NCBI GenBank assembly: GCA_037139575.1 | Contig: JBAXGD010000002.1 | Span: 66 to 64,065 of the forward strand | DNA from: a bacterium | GTDB lineage: Bacteria; Patescibacteriota; Saccharimonadia; Saccharimonadales; UBA4665 | DNA length: 64,000 bases | Direction: 5' to 3' | Part shown: positions 44,900-53,839 of the stretch, piece by piece | How the letters are laid out: the number at the start of each line of letters is the position of its first letter | Position numbering within the stretch: the first letter of the stretch is position 1 | Notes under the pieces: generated by a model | Database searches by the model: none | Seen by the model: the letters and a program-made list of their open reading frames with translations, nothing else | Told to the model about the DNA's origin: nothing | Position numbers and translations under genes: made by a program

Positions 44900-45475
44900 A
44901 TGAGATATATTGTTGCTGCATTGATCACAATAGGTTTACTGGCTACAGTTGTAGTACTAATCATTAAGGGCATCTCAAGTCCTTCAGTTAAAGCTCCTAC
45001 AATATCTCTGAATTCACAATCAAACACACCCATACAGTTATCTTATGTTCAAGACGGCATCATCAATAATGATATATTACATAGATCAATTACGATTAGT
45101 GTTAACCGATCAAATATAAATATGACTATTTATAAAGGTTACCAGGGCGAAGTACTAACTAGTTATAATTTTCCAAACAATGAAAAGTCATTTAAGAGCT
45201 TTTTGGGTTCAATGGGCTCACTTGGTTTTACCAGTAAGAGAGTATCAGCATATAAAACATCTACCGGACTTTGCCCACTTGGCTATAGATATAGCTTTAA
45301 TGTCGTGAATTCTTCGGTACCTACTTTCAATCAGAATCTTTGGTCTACTAACTGTGGTCAGGGAACTATGGCTGGAAATACTAGTCAAATCGCTTCAGTT
45401 ATGCAGAATCAGGTTCCAGACTACTGGACGCTTCTCAATAATATTAGTTTAGAACAGACAACTATCCAATCCTAA
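44900..45475 (+). CDS. Hypothetical membrane-anchored extracellular protein
   Basis: 191 aa with an N-terminal TM helix (IVAALITIGLLATVVVLII). No motif recognised. Confidence 0.6.
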   Translation: MRYIVAALITIGLLATVVVLIIKGISSPSVKAPTISLNSQSNTPIQLSYVQDGIINNDILHRSITISVNRSNINMTIYKGYQGEVLTSYNFPNNEKSFKSFLGSMGSLGFTSKRVSAYKTSTGLCPLGYRYSFNVVNSSVPTFNQNLWSTNCGQGTMAGNTSQIASVMQNQVPDYWTLLNNISLEQTTIQS

Positions 45476-45698
45476 AGATCATTTTTCGACTAACATTGCA
45501 CTCATCAGCCAATTGACTAGAACCGAGGCGTAATTCATTTATTAGGGCTGATCGAGGCGAAGATATTATGAGTGAATTATTCTTGATAGATATTTTTACC
45601 TCTGTCTCAAATTTTTTGAATATATAATTCTTAATAACCTTAATTTCATCTGGCTCTTCTATTCTTCTTCTTCCTAATATTTCTGCAATGTCATCCAT
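45462..45698 (-). CDS. Small protein, possibly DUF721-like
   Basis: 78 aa. ...IKNNSLIISSPRSALINELRLGSSQL resembles the core of DUF721 proteins. This is a weak assignment. Confidence 0.35.
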   Translation of the reverse strand: MDDIAEILGRRRIEEPDEIKVIKNYIFKKFETEVKISIKNNSLIISSPRSALINELRLGSSQLADECNVSRKMIFRIG

Positions 45699-45730
45699 AT
45701 GACTATTATAACTGATACAATATTTAGACT

Positions 45731-46603
45731 ATGCCAGAATTGCCAGAGGTTGAGACCGTTAAGAACGGATTGAACAGACTATTGAAAAATAAAAAAATAG
45801 TCTCAGTTAAATTTGATTGGCCGAAAGGTTTTCCAAATAGTGAAGCTGACGTCAATAAGTTCCTAATTGGCTCACAAATAATCCATACACGTCGAAGGGG
45901 TAAGTCGCTAATAATTCAATTAAGCTCAGGCTATTGTCTAGTTATTCATCTTAAAATGACAGGACAGTTAGTAATTAGGGGAGATAAACAATTTGGCGCA
46001 GGTCACCCGAGTGATTCTTTGGTAGGCCCACTTCCAGATAGATCAACAAGAGTAATCTTCTCACTAGATGATGAATCAAAATTATTTTTCAATGATCAAC
46101 GCAAGTTTGGCTGGATAAGACTTATTCCTGAAGTTGAAGTAGATCATTTAGATTTTATGAAAAGATTAGGACCTGAGCCACTTAGCGCAGACTTTAAGCC
46201 GAGCGAGTTTCGAAGCAGGGTCAGGAGAAGGAGGAACAGTTCTATAAAAGCAACAATACTTGATCAATCGGTGCTGGCTGGCGTAGGCAATATTTACGCT
46301 GACGAGAGTTTATGGATGGCAAAAATTCATCCAAGCTCATTAAGTGGAACGTTATCCGACGCCAAGCTAAATTTATTGTTCAATTCCATAAAAGAAGTTT
46401 TAAAAAAGAGTATTGATCTTGGCGGATCAACTGATCGTAACTATGTAGACGCAGAAGGAAAAAGGGGAAGTTATTTAGAGTTTGCGAATGTTTTTAGGCG
46501 TGAAGGAAAGATGTGTAACCGCTGCGGCTCCGAGATATTAAAAATTAGAGTTGCTACTCGGGGGACCCATTATTGTCCAAAATGCCAAAGGAAAACTAAA
46601 TGA
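45731..46603 (+). CDS. mutM: Formamidopyrimidine-DNA glycosylase
   Basis: MPELPEVE N-terminus, H2TH region, and a C-terminal zinc finger (CNRCGSEILKIRVATRGTHYCPKCQ). Confidence 0.93.
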   Translation: MPELPEVETVKNGLNRLLKNKKIVSVKFDWPKGFPNSEADVNKFLIGSQIIHTRRRGKSLIIQLSSGYCLVIHLKMTGQLVIRGDKQFGAGHPSDSLVGPLPDRSTRVIFSLDDESKLFFNDQRKFGWIRLIPEVEVDHLDFMKRLGPEPLSADFKPSEFRSRVRRRRNSSIKATILDQSVLAGVGNIYADESLWMAKIHPSSLSGTLSDAKLNLLFNSIKEVLKKSIDLGGSTDRNYVDAEGKRGSYLEFANVFRREGKMCNRCGSEILKIRVATRGTHYCPKCQRKTK

Positions 46604-47520
46604 TAACAGTTATCACGGGCAATAATGATCTTCTGAGAGGTGATTTCTTGCATAAAAAAGTAGCCGATTTCATTAAAATTAATGGCGATTTTTCTGTTGA
46701 GAAAATTTCTGCGGAGAATTCTGACTATCTTGGAATTAAAAGTGCTATGAACAGCTTGCCATTCCTAGTTAGCAAGAAGCTGATTGTGCTTTATGAGCCA
46801 GGGAGTATTAAGGAATTAGCCGAAAATATTGAAGAGGTCATAGAACTTGTTAGTGACGATGTAGATATAATTATTTATGAACCCAACATAGATAAGCGGA
46901 CTACCTATTTCAAGAAGTTAAAGAAGATTGAGGATTTTAATGAATTTCCTAAATTAGACTCATTTAAATTAAACAAATGGGCAGTAGATTATGCCGCTAA
47001 AGCCGGGGGCAAGATTTCTGGTTCTAATGCTGATCATTTAATAAGGAGAGTGGGCGACAACCAGCTCTTATTAAAAAATGAAATAGACAAGCTGATCTTA
47101 TTCGATTCAGACATTAACTTAAAAAATATCGAAGCTATGACGGTACAGATTCCAAGTAGCACTATATTTAATCTGCTCGATAGCGCTTTAAGTGGAAATA
47201 GAAAAAATGTTATACGAGTGTTTGAGGAACAAAAAGATCTTAGGGTTGATTCAAAGCAAATAATGTCACTTTTAGCTTGGCAGCTTCATGTTCTTGCAAC
47301 CGTTAAAACTATTAGCTCTTCTAGCCCTAGTGAGATAGTTTCAAAAAGCGGGTTGAGTAGATATACGGTTGACGGTGCTTTAAGATTACTAGACAGAATA
47401 AGCCTAGAAGAATTAAAAAACATTGTCAGTAGGGCGCTAGATTTAGACATAAAATTAAAAACTGTAACAATTGATGCTGATGAGGCAGTGTTACAGTTCT
47501 TATTAACTATAAAGAAATAG
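46600..47520 (+). CDS. holA: DNA polymerase III delta subunit
   Basis: 306 aa. ATGA overlap with mutM. Length and pattern (LLKNEIDKLILF, helical C-terminal domain) are typical of HolA. Confidence 0.7.
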   Translation: MITVITGNNDLLRGDFLHKKVADFIKINGDFSVEKISAENSDYLGIKSAMNSLPFLVSKKLIVLYEPGSIKELAENIEEVIELVSDDVDIIIYEPNIDKRTTYFKKLKKIEDFNEFPKLDSFKLNKWAVDYAAKAGGKISGSNADHLIRRVGDNQLLLKNEIDKLILFDSDINLKNIEAMTVQIPSSTIFNLLDSALSGNRKNVIRVFEEQKDLRVDSKQIMSLLAWQLHVLATVKTISSSSPSEIVSKSGLSRYTVDGALRLLDRISLEELKNIVSRALDLDIKLKTVTIDADEAVLQFLLTIKK

Positions 47521-47862
47521 TTATTTTTTTGTTGTTTTAGCTTTTGGCTTGGCTGCTGCTTTCTTAGGAGCTGCTTTTTTAGCTGGAGCTGCTTTCTTAG
47601 GAGCCTTTGATGCTGCCTTAGCTTGTGAAGCGAGTTGCTTCTGGATTCTTGCTGCTTTGTTCTTGTGAATAACATTCTTCTTAGCGGCCTTTGATACTGC
47701 ACTTTGTGCTGCAGAATGAGACTTATCGGTCTTCTTTCCTGTTGCAATATCCTTGTAAAGGGACTTAATAGCAGACTTTAGTGTTCTTTTTGTCTTTGAG
47801 TTTCTAACAGCAGCTTTTTTAGCTACCTTTACTCGTTTTTTTGCTGATTTGATAATTGGCAT
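47521..47862 (-). CDS. rpsT: 30S ribosomal protein S20 with a Lys/Ala/Pro-rich C-terminal extension
   Basis: MPIIKSAKKRVKVAKKAAVRNSKTKRTLKSAIK... followed by a ...KAPKKAAPAKKAAPKKAAAKPKAKTTKK tail. Confidence 0.9.
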   Translation of the reverse strand: MPIIKSAKKRVKVAKKAAVRNSKTKRTLKSAIKSLYKDIATGKKTDKSHSAAQSAVSKAAKKNVIHKNKAARIQKQLASQAKAASKAPKKAAPAKKAAPKKAAAKPKAKTTKK

Positions 47863-47999
47863 TTATTAGTTATCCTTATTTATTAATTCAAGAACCAACT
47901 ATACTAAAGAATTACCCCTTTTGTAAAGAGGAGAGCAAAAATACTCGACAAGCTATAGTATTTATGCTAATTTATACTTAACAAAGCTTAAACAAAAAT

Positions 48000-49637
48000 A
48001 TGGATAATCAAAATCAACAATTAAATCAAACCTCAGGTGTTCCAGTGGCCCCAGCCCCAGCACCTATTACTGCATCTTCAACCGTTTCAAACAGGGCTAA
48101 AATTGCCGCTAAATTAAATGAGTCTTATAACATTCTTGTTACTGTTAGCAATAACCCAACAGTTGATCAATTAACTGCTTTATTAGGATTCACTTTGCTA
48201 ATGGGTAAAATGAAAAAGCATGCTAGCGCAGTATTCAGCGGTGAAATACCCCCAATTATTCAATTTTTGGAACCTGAGAAAACCATTGAGAAAAATACGG
48301 ACAGTTTACAGGACTTTATTATTGCCATAGACAAAGCTAAGGCCGATAAACTTCGCTATAAGGTTGAGGACAATCTGGTGCGTATTTTTATTACTCCGTA
48401 TAAGACATCTATAAGTGAACATGATTTGAATTTTACTCTAGGTGATCTTAACGTAGATGTTATTGTTGCCCTAGGAGTAAAAAAACAGGAAGAAATTGAT
48501 CAGGCAATAATGGCTCATGGAAAAATTCTTCACGACGCCACTATTATTGCTCTTTCGAATACCCCAGAACCTTTAACTATTGGCAATCTAAATTGGGTGG
48601 ATACAACTGCAAGTAGCTTATCTGAAATGGTAACTTTAATTGCGAATGATCTAGGCGCTAAAGATTTAATCGATGGCCAAATCGCTACATCATGGTTGAC
48701 TGGAATTGTATCTAGCACAAAAAGATTCGCCAATGAAAAAACATCACCAACTTCACTCAGCGTCAGTGCTCAGCTTTTATCTTCAGGCGCAAACCAGAGA
48801 CTTGTAGCTGATCAGCTTGAACCTAAGCCTGCTTCAGCACCAGCACCTGTACAGGCGACTCTTCCACCGGTGATAGATGTAAGATCTCAAGGGGTCACTC
48901 CGACTAGTGGGCCTACAAGCTTAATTAAGTCAGCTGACCAGAAAAAAACTGAGGCAGAAGCTAAAGCCAATTTAGGCGAACTAGATATAGAGCATGCAGA
49001 TGATCCATCTGCATCTACACAGGAGGAAATTGAGAAGATTAGAATTGATGATAGGGGAACTTTACATAAACTTGGCGACGAGTCGGAAACAGAGCCAGCA
49101 AAGCCACCTGTCATAACCCCTCAACCTGGCGCATTAAATTACCAGCCACCAGTCGTCTCGAATCCACTGACTACAACTAACTCAAGACAGGGCGGCTATT
49201 TATCCAATCCGCCAGCATCTACGCAAGATTCGGTTCCCAATAATGCAGCTTTTGAAGAAAAACCATCAACTGGACAGGATTCCCACAATAACTACATTTT
49301 GAGCAGTCAAAAACCAGCGCCGGTTAACCAAATACCAAACCCAATTATTCAAAATAGCCAACCTAGTCCTAGTCTTGAATCTGCAAGACAGGCAGTTAAT
49401 TTAGCACCACAGGTAGATCACCGAGTTCCTGCAGCTTTTAATGCATTACCTCTTGGCAATGATCTTCACCCAAAGACTAATTCGTTTCCCGGTCAAACAA
49501 TGAGCATGCCATTGCCTACAAACCTAGTGCCTCCGACTCAAGTTCCTAATATGGCACCAACATCAGTACCTGGTGCACCCTCTGCGCCACCACCAATTCC
49601 ACCTCCTATGATAAATCCGACCCCACCAACTAGCTAG
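48000..49637 (+). CDS. Hypothetical protein: N-terminal degenerate DHH-like fold, C-terminal Pro/Gln/Asn-rich low-complexity region
   Basis: 545-aa ORF. NILVTVSNNPTVDQLTALLGF... and DVIVALGV occupy the positions of DHH motifs I/II but lack the His/Asp ligands. The last ~270 aa are proline-rich. Confidence 0.65.
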   Translation: MDNQNQQLNQTSGVPVAPAPAPITASSTVSNRAKIAAKLNESYNILVTVSNNPTVDQLTALLGFTLLMGKMKKHASAVFSGEIPPIIQFLEPEKTIEKNTDSLQDFIIAIDKAKADKLRYKVEDNLVRIFITPYKTSISEHDLNFTLGDLNVDVIVALGVKKQEEIDQAIMAHGKILHDATIIALSNTPEPLTIGNLNWVDTTASSLSEMVTLIANDLGAKDLIDGQIATSWLTGIVSSTKRFANEKTSPTSLSVSAQLLSSGANQRLVADQLEPKPASAPAPVQATLPPVIDVRSQGVTPTSGPTSLIKSADQKKTEAEAKANLGELDIEHADDPSASTQEEIEKIRIDDRGTLHKLGDESETEPAKPPVITPQPGALNYQPPVVSNPLTTTNSRQGGYLSNPPASTQDSVPNNAAFEEKPSTGQDSHNNYILSSQKPAPVNQIPNPIIQNSQPSPSLESARQAVNLAPQVDHRVPAAFNALPLGNDLHPKTNSFPGQTMSMPLPTNLVPPTQVPNMAPTSVPGAPSAPPPIPPPMINPTPPTS

Positions 49638-49677
49638 TAACTACTTTGTTTTAAAATATTAGTGTAGAATCCCAAGA

Positions 49678-50373
49678 ATGAATGGAATTTTATTAATAGA
49701 CAAACCAGAAGGTTGGAGTTCTTTTGATTGTGTTGCTAAGATTAGGTCTTTTGCGAGAATAGCTGAATCAAAGAAGGTGAAGGTTGGACATGCCGGAACG
49801 CTTGATCCGCTTGCCAGCGGACTCATGATTCTATTGATTGGTTCATTTACCAAAAAAGCCGACTATCTAACCAAAAAAGACAAGACATATGAAGTAAAGA
49901 TGAGACTAGGAGTTAAGTCTAGTACCGGAGACGAAGAAGGTGAAAAGCTAAGTGTTTCAGATGAAGAACCATCTGAAGAGAAGGCTAAACAGGCCATCGC
50001 TTGCTATATTGGCAAAATTGATCAAATTCCTCCGGCATATTCAGCAATTAAGATAAATGGAGTTAGATCATATAAGTTAGCTAGAGAAGGTAAGGCGGTT
50101 GAACTAAAATCCAGGCCAGTAGAAATATACAGCATAGACAAAGTAATTTATGAATATCCTTATATTAGCTTTACTACTAGAGTAAGCAGCGGCACCTATA
50201 TCAGATCACTTGTAAATGATATTGGGGAAAAACTAGGGGTGGGAGCTTATACGACCCACATCAGAAGGACCTCTATAGCTGACTATGATATTAGTAAATC
50301 TCACGCAATTAGCGATATAGATTCTGATAACCTAGAACAGAAATTAATTACTCAAGATATAAATAATGAATAA
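49678..50373 (+). CDS. truB: tRNA pseudouridine(55) synthase
   Basis: MNGILLIDKPEGWSSFD, VGHAGTLDPLASGLMILLIG (catalytic Asp), QIPPAYSAIKING. Confidence 0.93.
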   Translation: MNGILLIDKPEGWSSFDCVAKIRSFARIAESKKVKVGHAGTLDPLASGLMILLIGSFTKKADYLTKKDKTYEVKMRLGVKSSTGDEEGEKLSVSDEEPSEEKAKQAIACYIGKIDQIPPAYSAIKINGVRSYKLAREGKAVELKSRPVEIYSIDKVIYEYPYISFTTRVSSGTYIRSLVNDIGEKLGVGAYTTHIRRTSIADYDISKSHAISDIDSDNLEQKLITQDINNE

Positions 50374-50427
50374 AATAATAAGACATCTTGATTTATTGTG
50401 AAGTTTTTGTTAAAATAACCCTTAAGT

Positions 50428-50694
50428 ATGATAACTCGTGAGAAGAAAAAGGGCTTAGTAGACAGCCTACAAGTAAACAAGAAAGACACTGGATCTGTTG
50501 CTGTTCAGGTTGGTATTTTAACTGAAAGAGTTAAAGAGCTAACTGAGCACCTAAAGGTTTCTAAGAAAGACTTTTCAGCAAGAAGAGCCTTATTACAGAT
50601 GGTTGGACGAAGAAGAAGACTATTAAAGTATCTAGCCGATAAAGACGGCCAGGCATATCTCGATTTAATCCAAAAAATCGGACTCCGTAAATAG
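50428..50694 (+). CDS. rpsO: 30S ribosomal protein S15
   Basis: DTGSVAVQVGILTERVKELTEHLKVSKKDFSARRALLQMVGRRRRLLKYL. Confidence 0.95.
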   Translation: MITREKKKGLVDSLQVNKKDTGSVAVQVGILTERVKELTEHLKVSKKDFSARRALLQMVGRRRRLLKYLADKDGQAYLDLIQKIGLRK

Positions 50695-50709
50695 TGCTTA
50701 AACTTTGAG

Positions 50710-50889
50710 TTTCTTTCTTGCGAAAGAAAAACTGAGCTTGTGCATTTTAACAAACTAAATAAAGCTAGTACTTTTTACGAATAGAGACCAGATATATTAC
50801 TTACTAAAATTAGCCGCACAAGGTAATTTAAAGTATATATTTGCACCTTATTCGTAAAAATACTGAAGAACCTGTCTTAGAAAAGACAG
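50710..50889 (+). promoter_or_regulatory. Structured rpsO-pnp intergenic leader (three hairpins)
   Basis: Hairpin 1: TTTCTTTC-ttgc-GAAAGAAA (50710-50729). Long-range stem: GTACTTTTTACGAATA (50768-50783) pairs with TATTCGTAAAAA-TAC (50849-50863), 12 perfect bp plus 3 after a 1-nt bulge. Hairpin 3: CTGTCTT-agaa-AAGACAG (50872-50889), just before the pnp RBS. Confidence 0.5.
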
Positions 50890-50902
50890 AAAGGTTAAAA
50901 AT

Positions 50903-53038
50903 ATGAGTCAAATAACAATAAATCCATATAACAAGGATATTCTTAGTGTTGAGGCTGATTTTTGTGGACGAAAACTTAGCATGGAAGTTAACCGTGTTGG
51001 TTTCCGAAGTACAAGTTCTGTAATCGTACGATATGGCGATACAGTTGTTCTTGGAACAGCTATGGTTGGTTCTGAATCCAATCCAAACATAGATTACTTC
51101 CCACTGAGCATTGAATATGAAGAGAAGATGTACGCAACTGGAAAAATTAGCGGTAGCCGATTCATCAAAAGAGAAGGTCGTCCAAGTGATGACGCGATTT
51201 TAATCGGAAGATTAATTGATCGACCAATTAGACCACTTTGGCCTAAGGGTTACAGAAATGAAGTACAGGCAATAGCTACAGTTTTATCTGCAGATCCAGA
51301 TTTTCGCCCTGATTCAATTGCGATGATAGCTATCTCTACTGCATTGATGCTAACTGGAGCTCCATTCGATGGCCCTATAGCCGGTATTAGAGTTGGAAAG
51401 GTAGATGGCAAGTTAATGGCACTACCTAGCCTAGAACAGCTTGAAAAGGGTGACCTTGATCTTGTGGTCGCTGGAACAGAACATGCTATCACTATGGTAG
51501 AAGCTGGCGCTAATGAAATTTCTGAAGCTGAAGTTGTTGAAGCTCTAGAATTTGCTCAAAATGCAATTCAGCCAGCCATTAGTCTTCAAAAAGAACTTAT
51601 TGCTAAAGTTGGTGTTAAGCCAATGGACTATTCTGTGATTGGTATTGCTGAGGAAATCCAAGAAGCAGTGAATAAGTTCCTTGAAGGTAAGATGGGTGCT
51701 AAAATCCGAGTCGACTACCCTACAAGAAACGAAAAAATTGCCGAACTTAAGGCCGAACTACTTAGCCATTTCCTGGAAAAGGATGGTGATGAGTTATTCG
51801 CACAGAATAAGTCTGCGTATCTCGAAGCTTTTGGCTCAGCAATCAATAAGGATGTTAGAAAAGGTATTCTTGAAGATAGGGAAAGACCTGATGGCCGTAA
51901 ACTTACAGAAATCCGACCTATTAGTGCTGAAGTTGGGCTTTTACCAAGAGCTCACGGTTCAAGTCTGTTCACTAGAGGAATGACCCAGGGATTAAACATT
52001 GTAACGCTAGCCCCTACAAGCTATGCGCAACTTGTTGACACTATGGAGAAAAGCTCTGAAAAGAAATACATGCACCACTACAACGCACCTGGCTATACAG
52101 TTGGTGAAGTTCGAAGGCTTGGTAGTCCAGGTAGGCGCGAAATTGGTCATAGTGCCTTAGCTGAACGTGCTTTACTTCCGGTGATTCCTTCAGAAGAAGT
52201 GTTTCCATACGTAATTCGTTCAGTTACCGAAATTATGAGCCAGCACGGTAGCACCTCAATGGCTGCTACTTGTTCAAGCTGTTTAGCACTTATGGACGCA
52301 GGTGTTCCGCTTAAAGCTCCTGTAAGTGGAATTGCTATGGGGCTTATGATGGATGGTGATAATGTAGCTATTCTTAGCGACATTGCTGATGCTGAAGATT
52401 TTGCTGGTGACATGGACTTTAAGGTTGCTGGTACTTCAAAAGGAATCAATGCCTTACAAATGGATATGAAGGTCCATGGCCTAAGCATAGACATTCTTGC
52501 CCAAGCTTTAGAGCAGGGAAAGGCTGGAAGAGCGCATATCCTAGACATCATGCTTAAAACTCTAGGACGACCTAGAAAAGAATTAAGTAAATATGCACCA
52601 CAGGTTGTTGCTATAAAGGTTAACCCAGACAAGATCCGTGAAATTATCGGAAAAGGTGGCGAGACAATTAATAAGATTATCGCCGAGACTGGTGCTGAAA
52701 TAGATATTAAAGACGACGGCACAGTTATGATTGCAAGTCCTAACAAGGAATCAATCGACGGCGCAATTGCTTGGATTAAGAATATAACCGATGATCCGGA
52801 AGTTGGTCGAATCTATACTAACTGCAAGGTAGTAAGCGTTTTAGAGTTCGGTGCATTCGTCGAGATTATGCCGGGCAAAGAAGGCTTAGTCCACATTAGT
52901 GAATTAAGTGAGGAGCGAGTCAACAAAACTACTGATGTTGTAAATGAAGGCGACAAAGTAGACGTTAAGTTGGTTGCTATCGATGACCGCGGAAGACTAC
53001 AATTAAGTATGAAAGCTGTAAAAAAAGAAGGGAAATAA
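50903..53038 (+). CDS. pnp: Polyribonucleotide nucleotidyltransferase (PNPase)
   Basis: Two RNase PH domains, a KH domain ([15 protein letters not shown]) and an S1 domain ([19 protein letters not shown]). 711 aa. Confidence 0.96.
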   Translation: MSQITINPYNKDILSVEADFCGRKLSMEVNRVGFRSTSSVIVRYGDTVVLGTAMVGSESNPNIDYFPLSIEYEEKMYATGKISGSRFIKREGRPSDDAILIGRLIDRPIRPLWPKGYRNEVQAIATVLSADPDFRPDSIAMIAISTALMLTGAPFDGPIAGIRVGKVDGKLMALPSLEQLEKGDLDLVVAGTEHAITMVEAGANEISEAEVVEALEFAQNAIQPAISLQKELIAKVGVKPMDYSVIGIAEEIQEAVNKFLEGKMGAKIRVDYPTRNEKIAELKAELLSHFLEKDGDELFAQNKSAYLEAFGSAINKDVRKGILEDRERPDGRKLTEIRPISAEVGLLPRAHGSSLFTRGMTQGLNIVTLAPTSYAQLVDTMEKSSEKKYMHHYNAPGYTVGEVRRLGSPGRREIGHSALAERALLPVIPSEEVFPYVIRSVTEIMSQHGSTSMAATCSSCLALMDAGVPLKAPVSGIAMGLMMDGDNVAILSDIADAEDFAGDMDFKVAGTSKGINALQMDMKVHGLSIDILAQALEQGKAGRAHILDIMLKTLGRPRKELSKYAPQVVAIKVNPDKIREIIGKGGETINKIIAETGAEIDIKDDGTVMIASPNKESIDGAIAWIKNITDDPEVGRIYTNCKVVSVLEFGAFVEIMPGKEGLVHISELSEERVNKTTDVVNEGDKVDVKLVAIDDRGRLQLSMKAVKKEGK

Positions 53039-53041
53039 ACC

Positions 53042-53233
53042 TTGGCTAAGAAAGTAAGTTCTCAAAAAGTTAGGTACTGGAATTTAGGTGGAAGCCTGGT
53101 TCTAATTGGCCTTATCTACTTACTGGTATCCAGGGCATTCTTCACCGGAAGCATGTGGGAGTACGGCGGCACCTTAATATTGATAATAATTTTTATTGAC
53201 AGAATAATAAAAGTTTTTAAACCGAATAACTAA
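53042..53233 (+). CDS. Small two-helix membrane protein (TTG start)
   Basis: 63-aa ORF starting 3 nt after the pnp stop. Two hydrophobic segments. Uncertain. Confidence 0.35.
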   Translation: MAKKVSSQKVRYWNLGGSLVLIGLIYLLVSRAFFTGSMWEYGGTLILIIIFIDRIIKVFKPNN

Positions 53234-53236
53234 TTT

Positions 53237-53797
53237 ATGAATTCAACAAATAAAAAACAACTATTAGACAAGCTCAGTGCAACCATTACCAAAGATAATG
53301 TCTGCCCCGAACTTAAGTCTGGGGCAACACAATTAGTTTTTGGTGATGGTAGCCATGACTCCCGCGTCGTTTTCATAGGTGAAGCACCTGGAAAAAAAGA
53401 GGATGAAATGGGTAAGCCATTCATAGGTGCATCCGGAAAATTACTCAACGAAATGCTTGAAAAAATAGGCCTTTCGAGAGAGGAAGTTTATATAACAAAT
53501 ATTGTTAAATACAGACCTCCCGAAAACCGTGATCCATCCAGGGAAGAAAAGAAAGCTTTCTTGCCCTATCTTAGGAAGCAGCTGGCCATAATTGAACCAA
53601 AGCTTGTCGTTACGCTAGGAAGACATAGTATGGATTGCTTCTTACCGGGTAAGAAGATTTCTGAAGCCCATGGTGTTCCTGAAACCGTAGATGGAATAAA
53701 TTATTTACCTTTGTATCATCCAGCCGTAGCACTATATAACGGCTCGATGCGACAGACGTTAATGAATGATTTTCATAAAATCCCAGATTTAATTTAA
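53237..53797 (+). CDS. Uracil-DNA glycosylase, family 4-type, lacking most Fe-S cysteines
   Basis: GEAPGKKEDEMGKPFIGASGKLLNEML and ITNIVKYRPPENRDP align with the family 4 signatures GEGPG..ED..G.PFVG.AG..L and KCRPP.NR.P. Confidence 0.85.
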   Translation: MNSTNKKQLLDKLSATITKDNVCPELKSGATQLVFGDGSHDSRVVFIGEAPGKKEDEMGKPFIGASGKLLNEMLEKIGLSREEVYITNIVKYRPPENRDPSREEKKAFLPYLRKQLAIIEPKLVVTLGRHSMDCFLPGKKISEAHGVPETVDGINYLPLYHPAVALYNGSMRQTLMNDFHKIPDLI

Positions 53798-53839
53798 AGA
53801 ATCATAAAATTCAAATCATATAACTATAGAAAGGAAAAT

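Noticed and set aside
47286-47747. 153-aa minus-strand ORF spanning the end of holA and most of rpsT.
   Set aside because: It is an alternative frame of the repetitive Lys/Ala-coding DNA of rpsT, giving a Gln/Leu/Arg-rich nonsense translation. It overlaps two well-supported genes.
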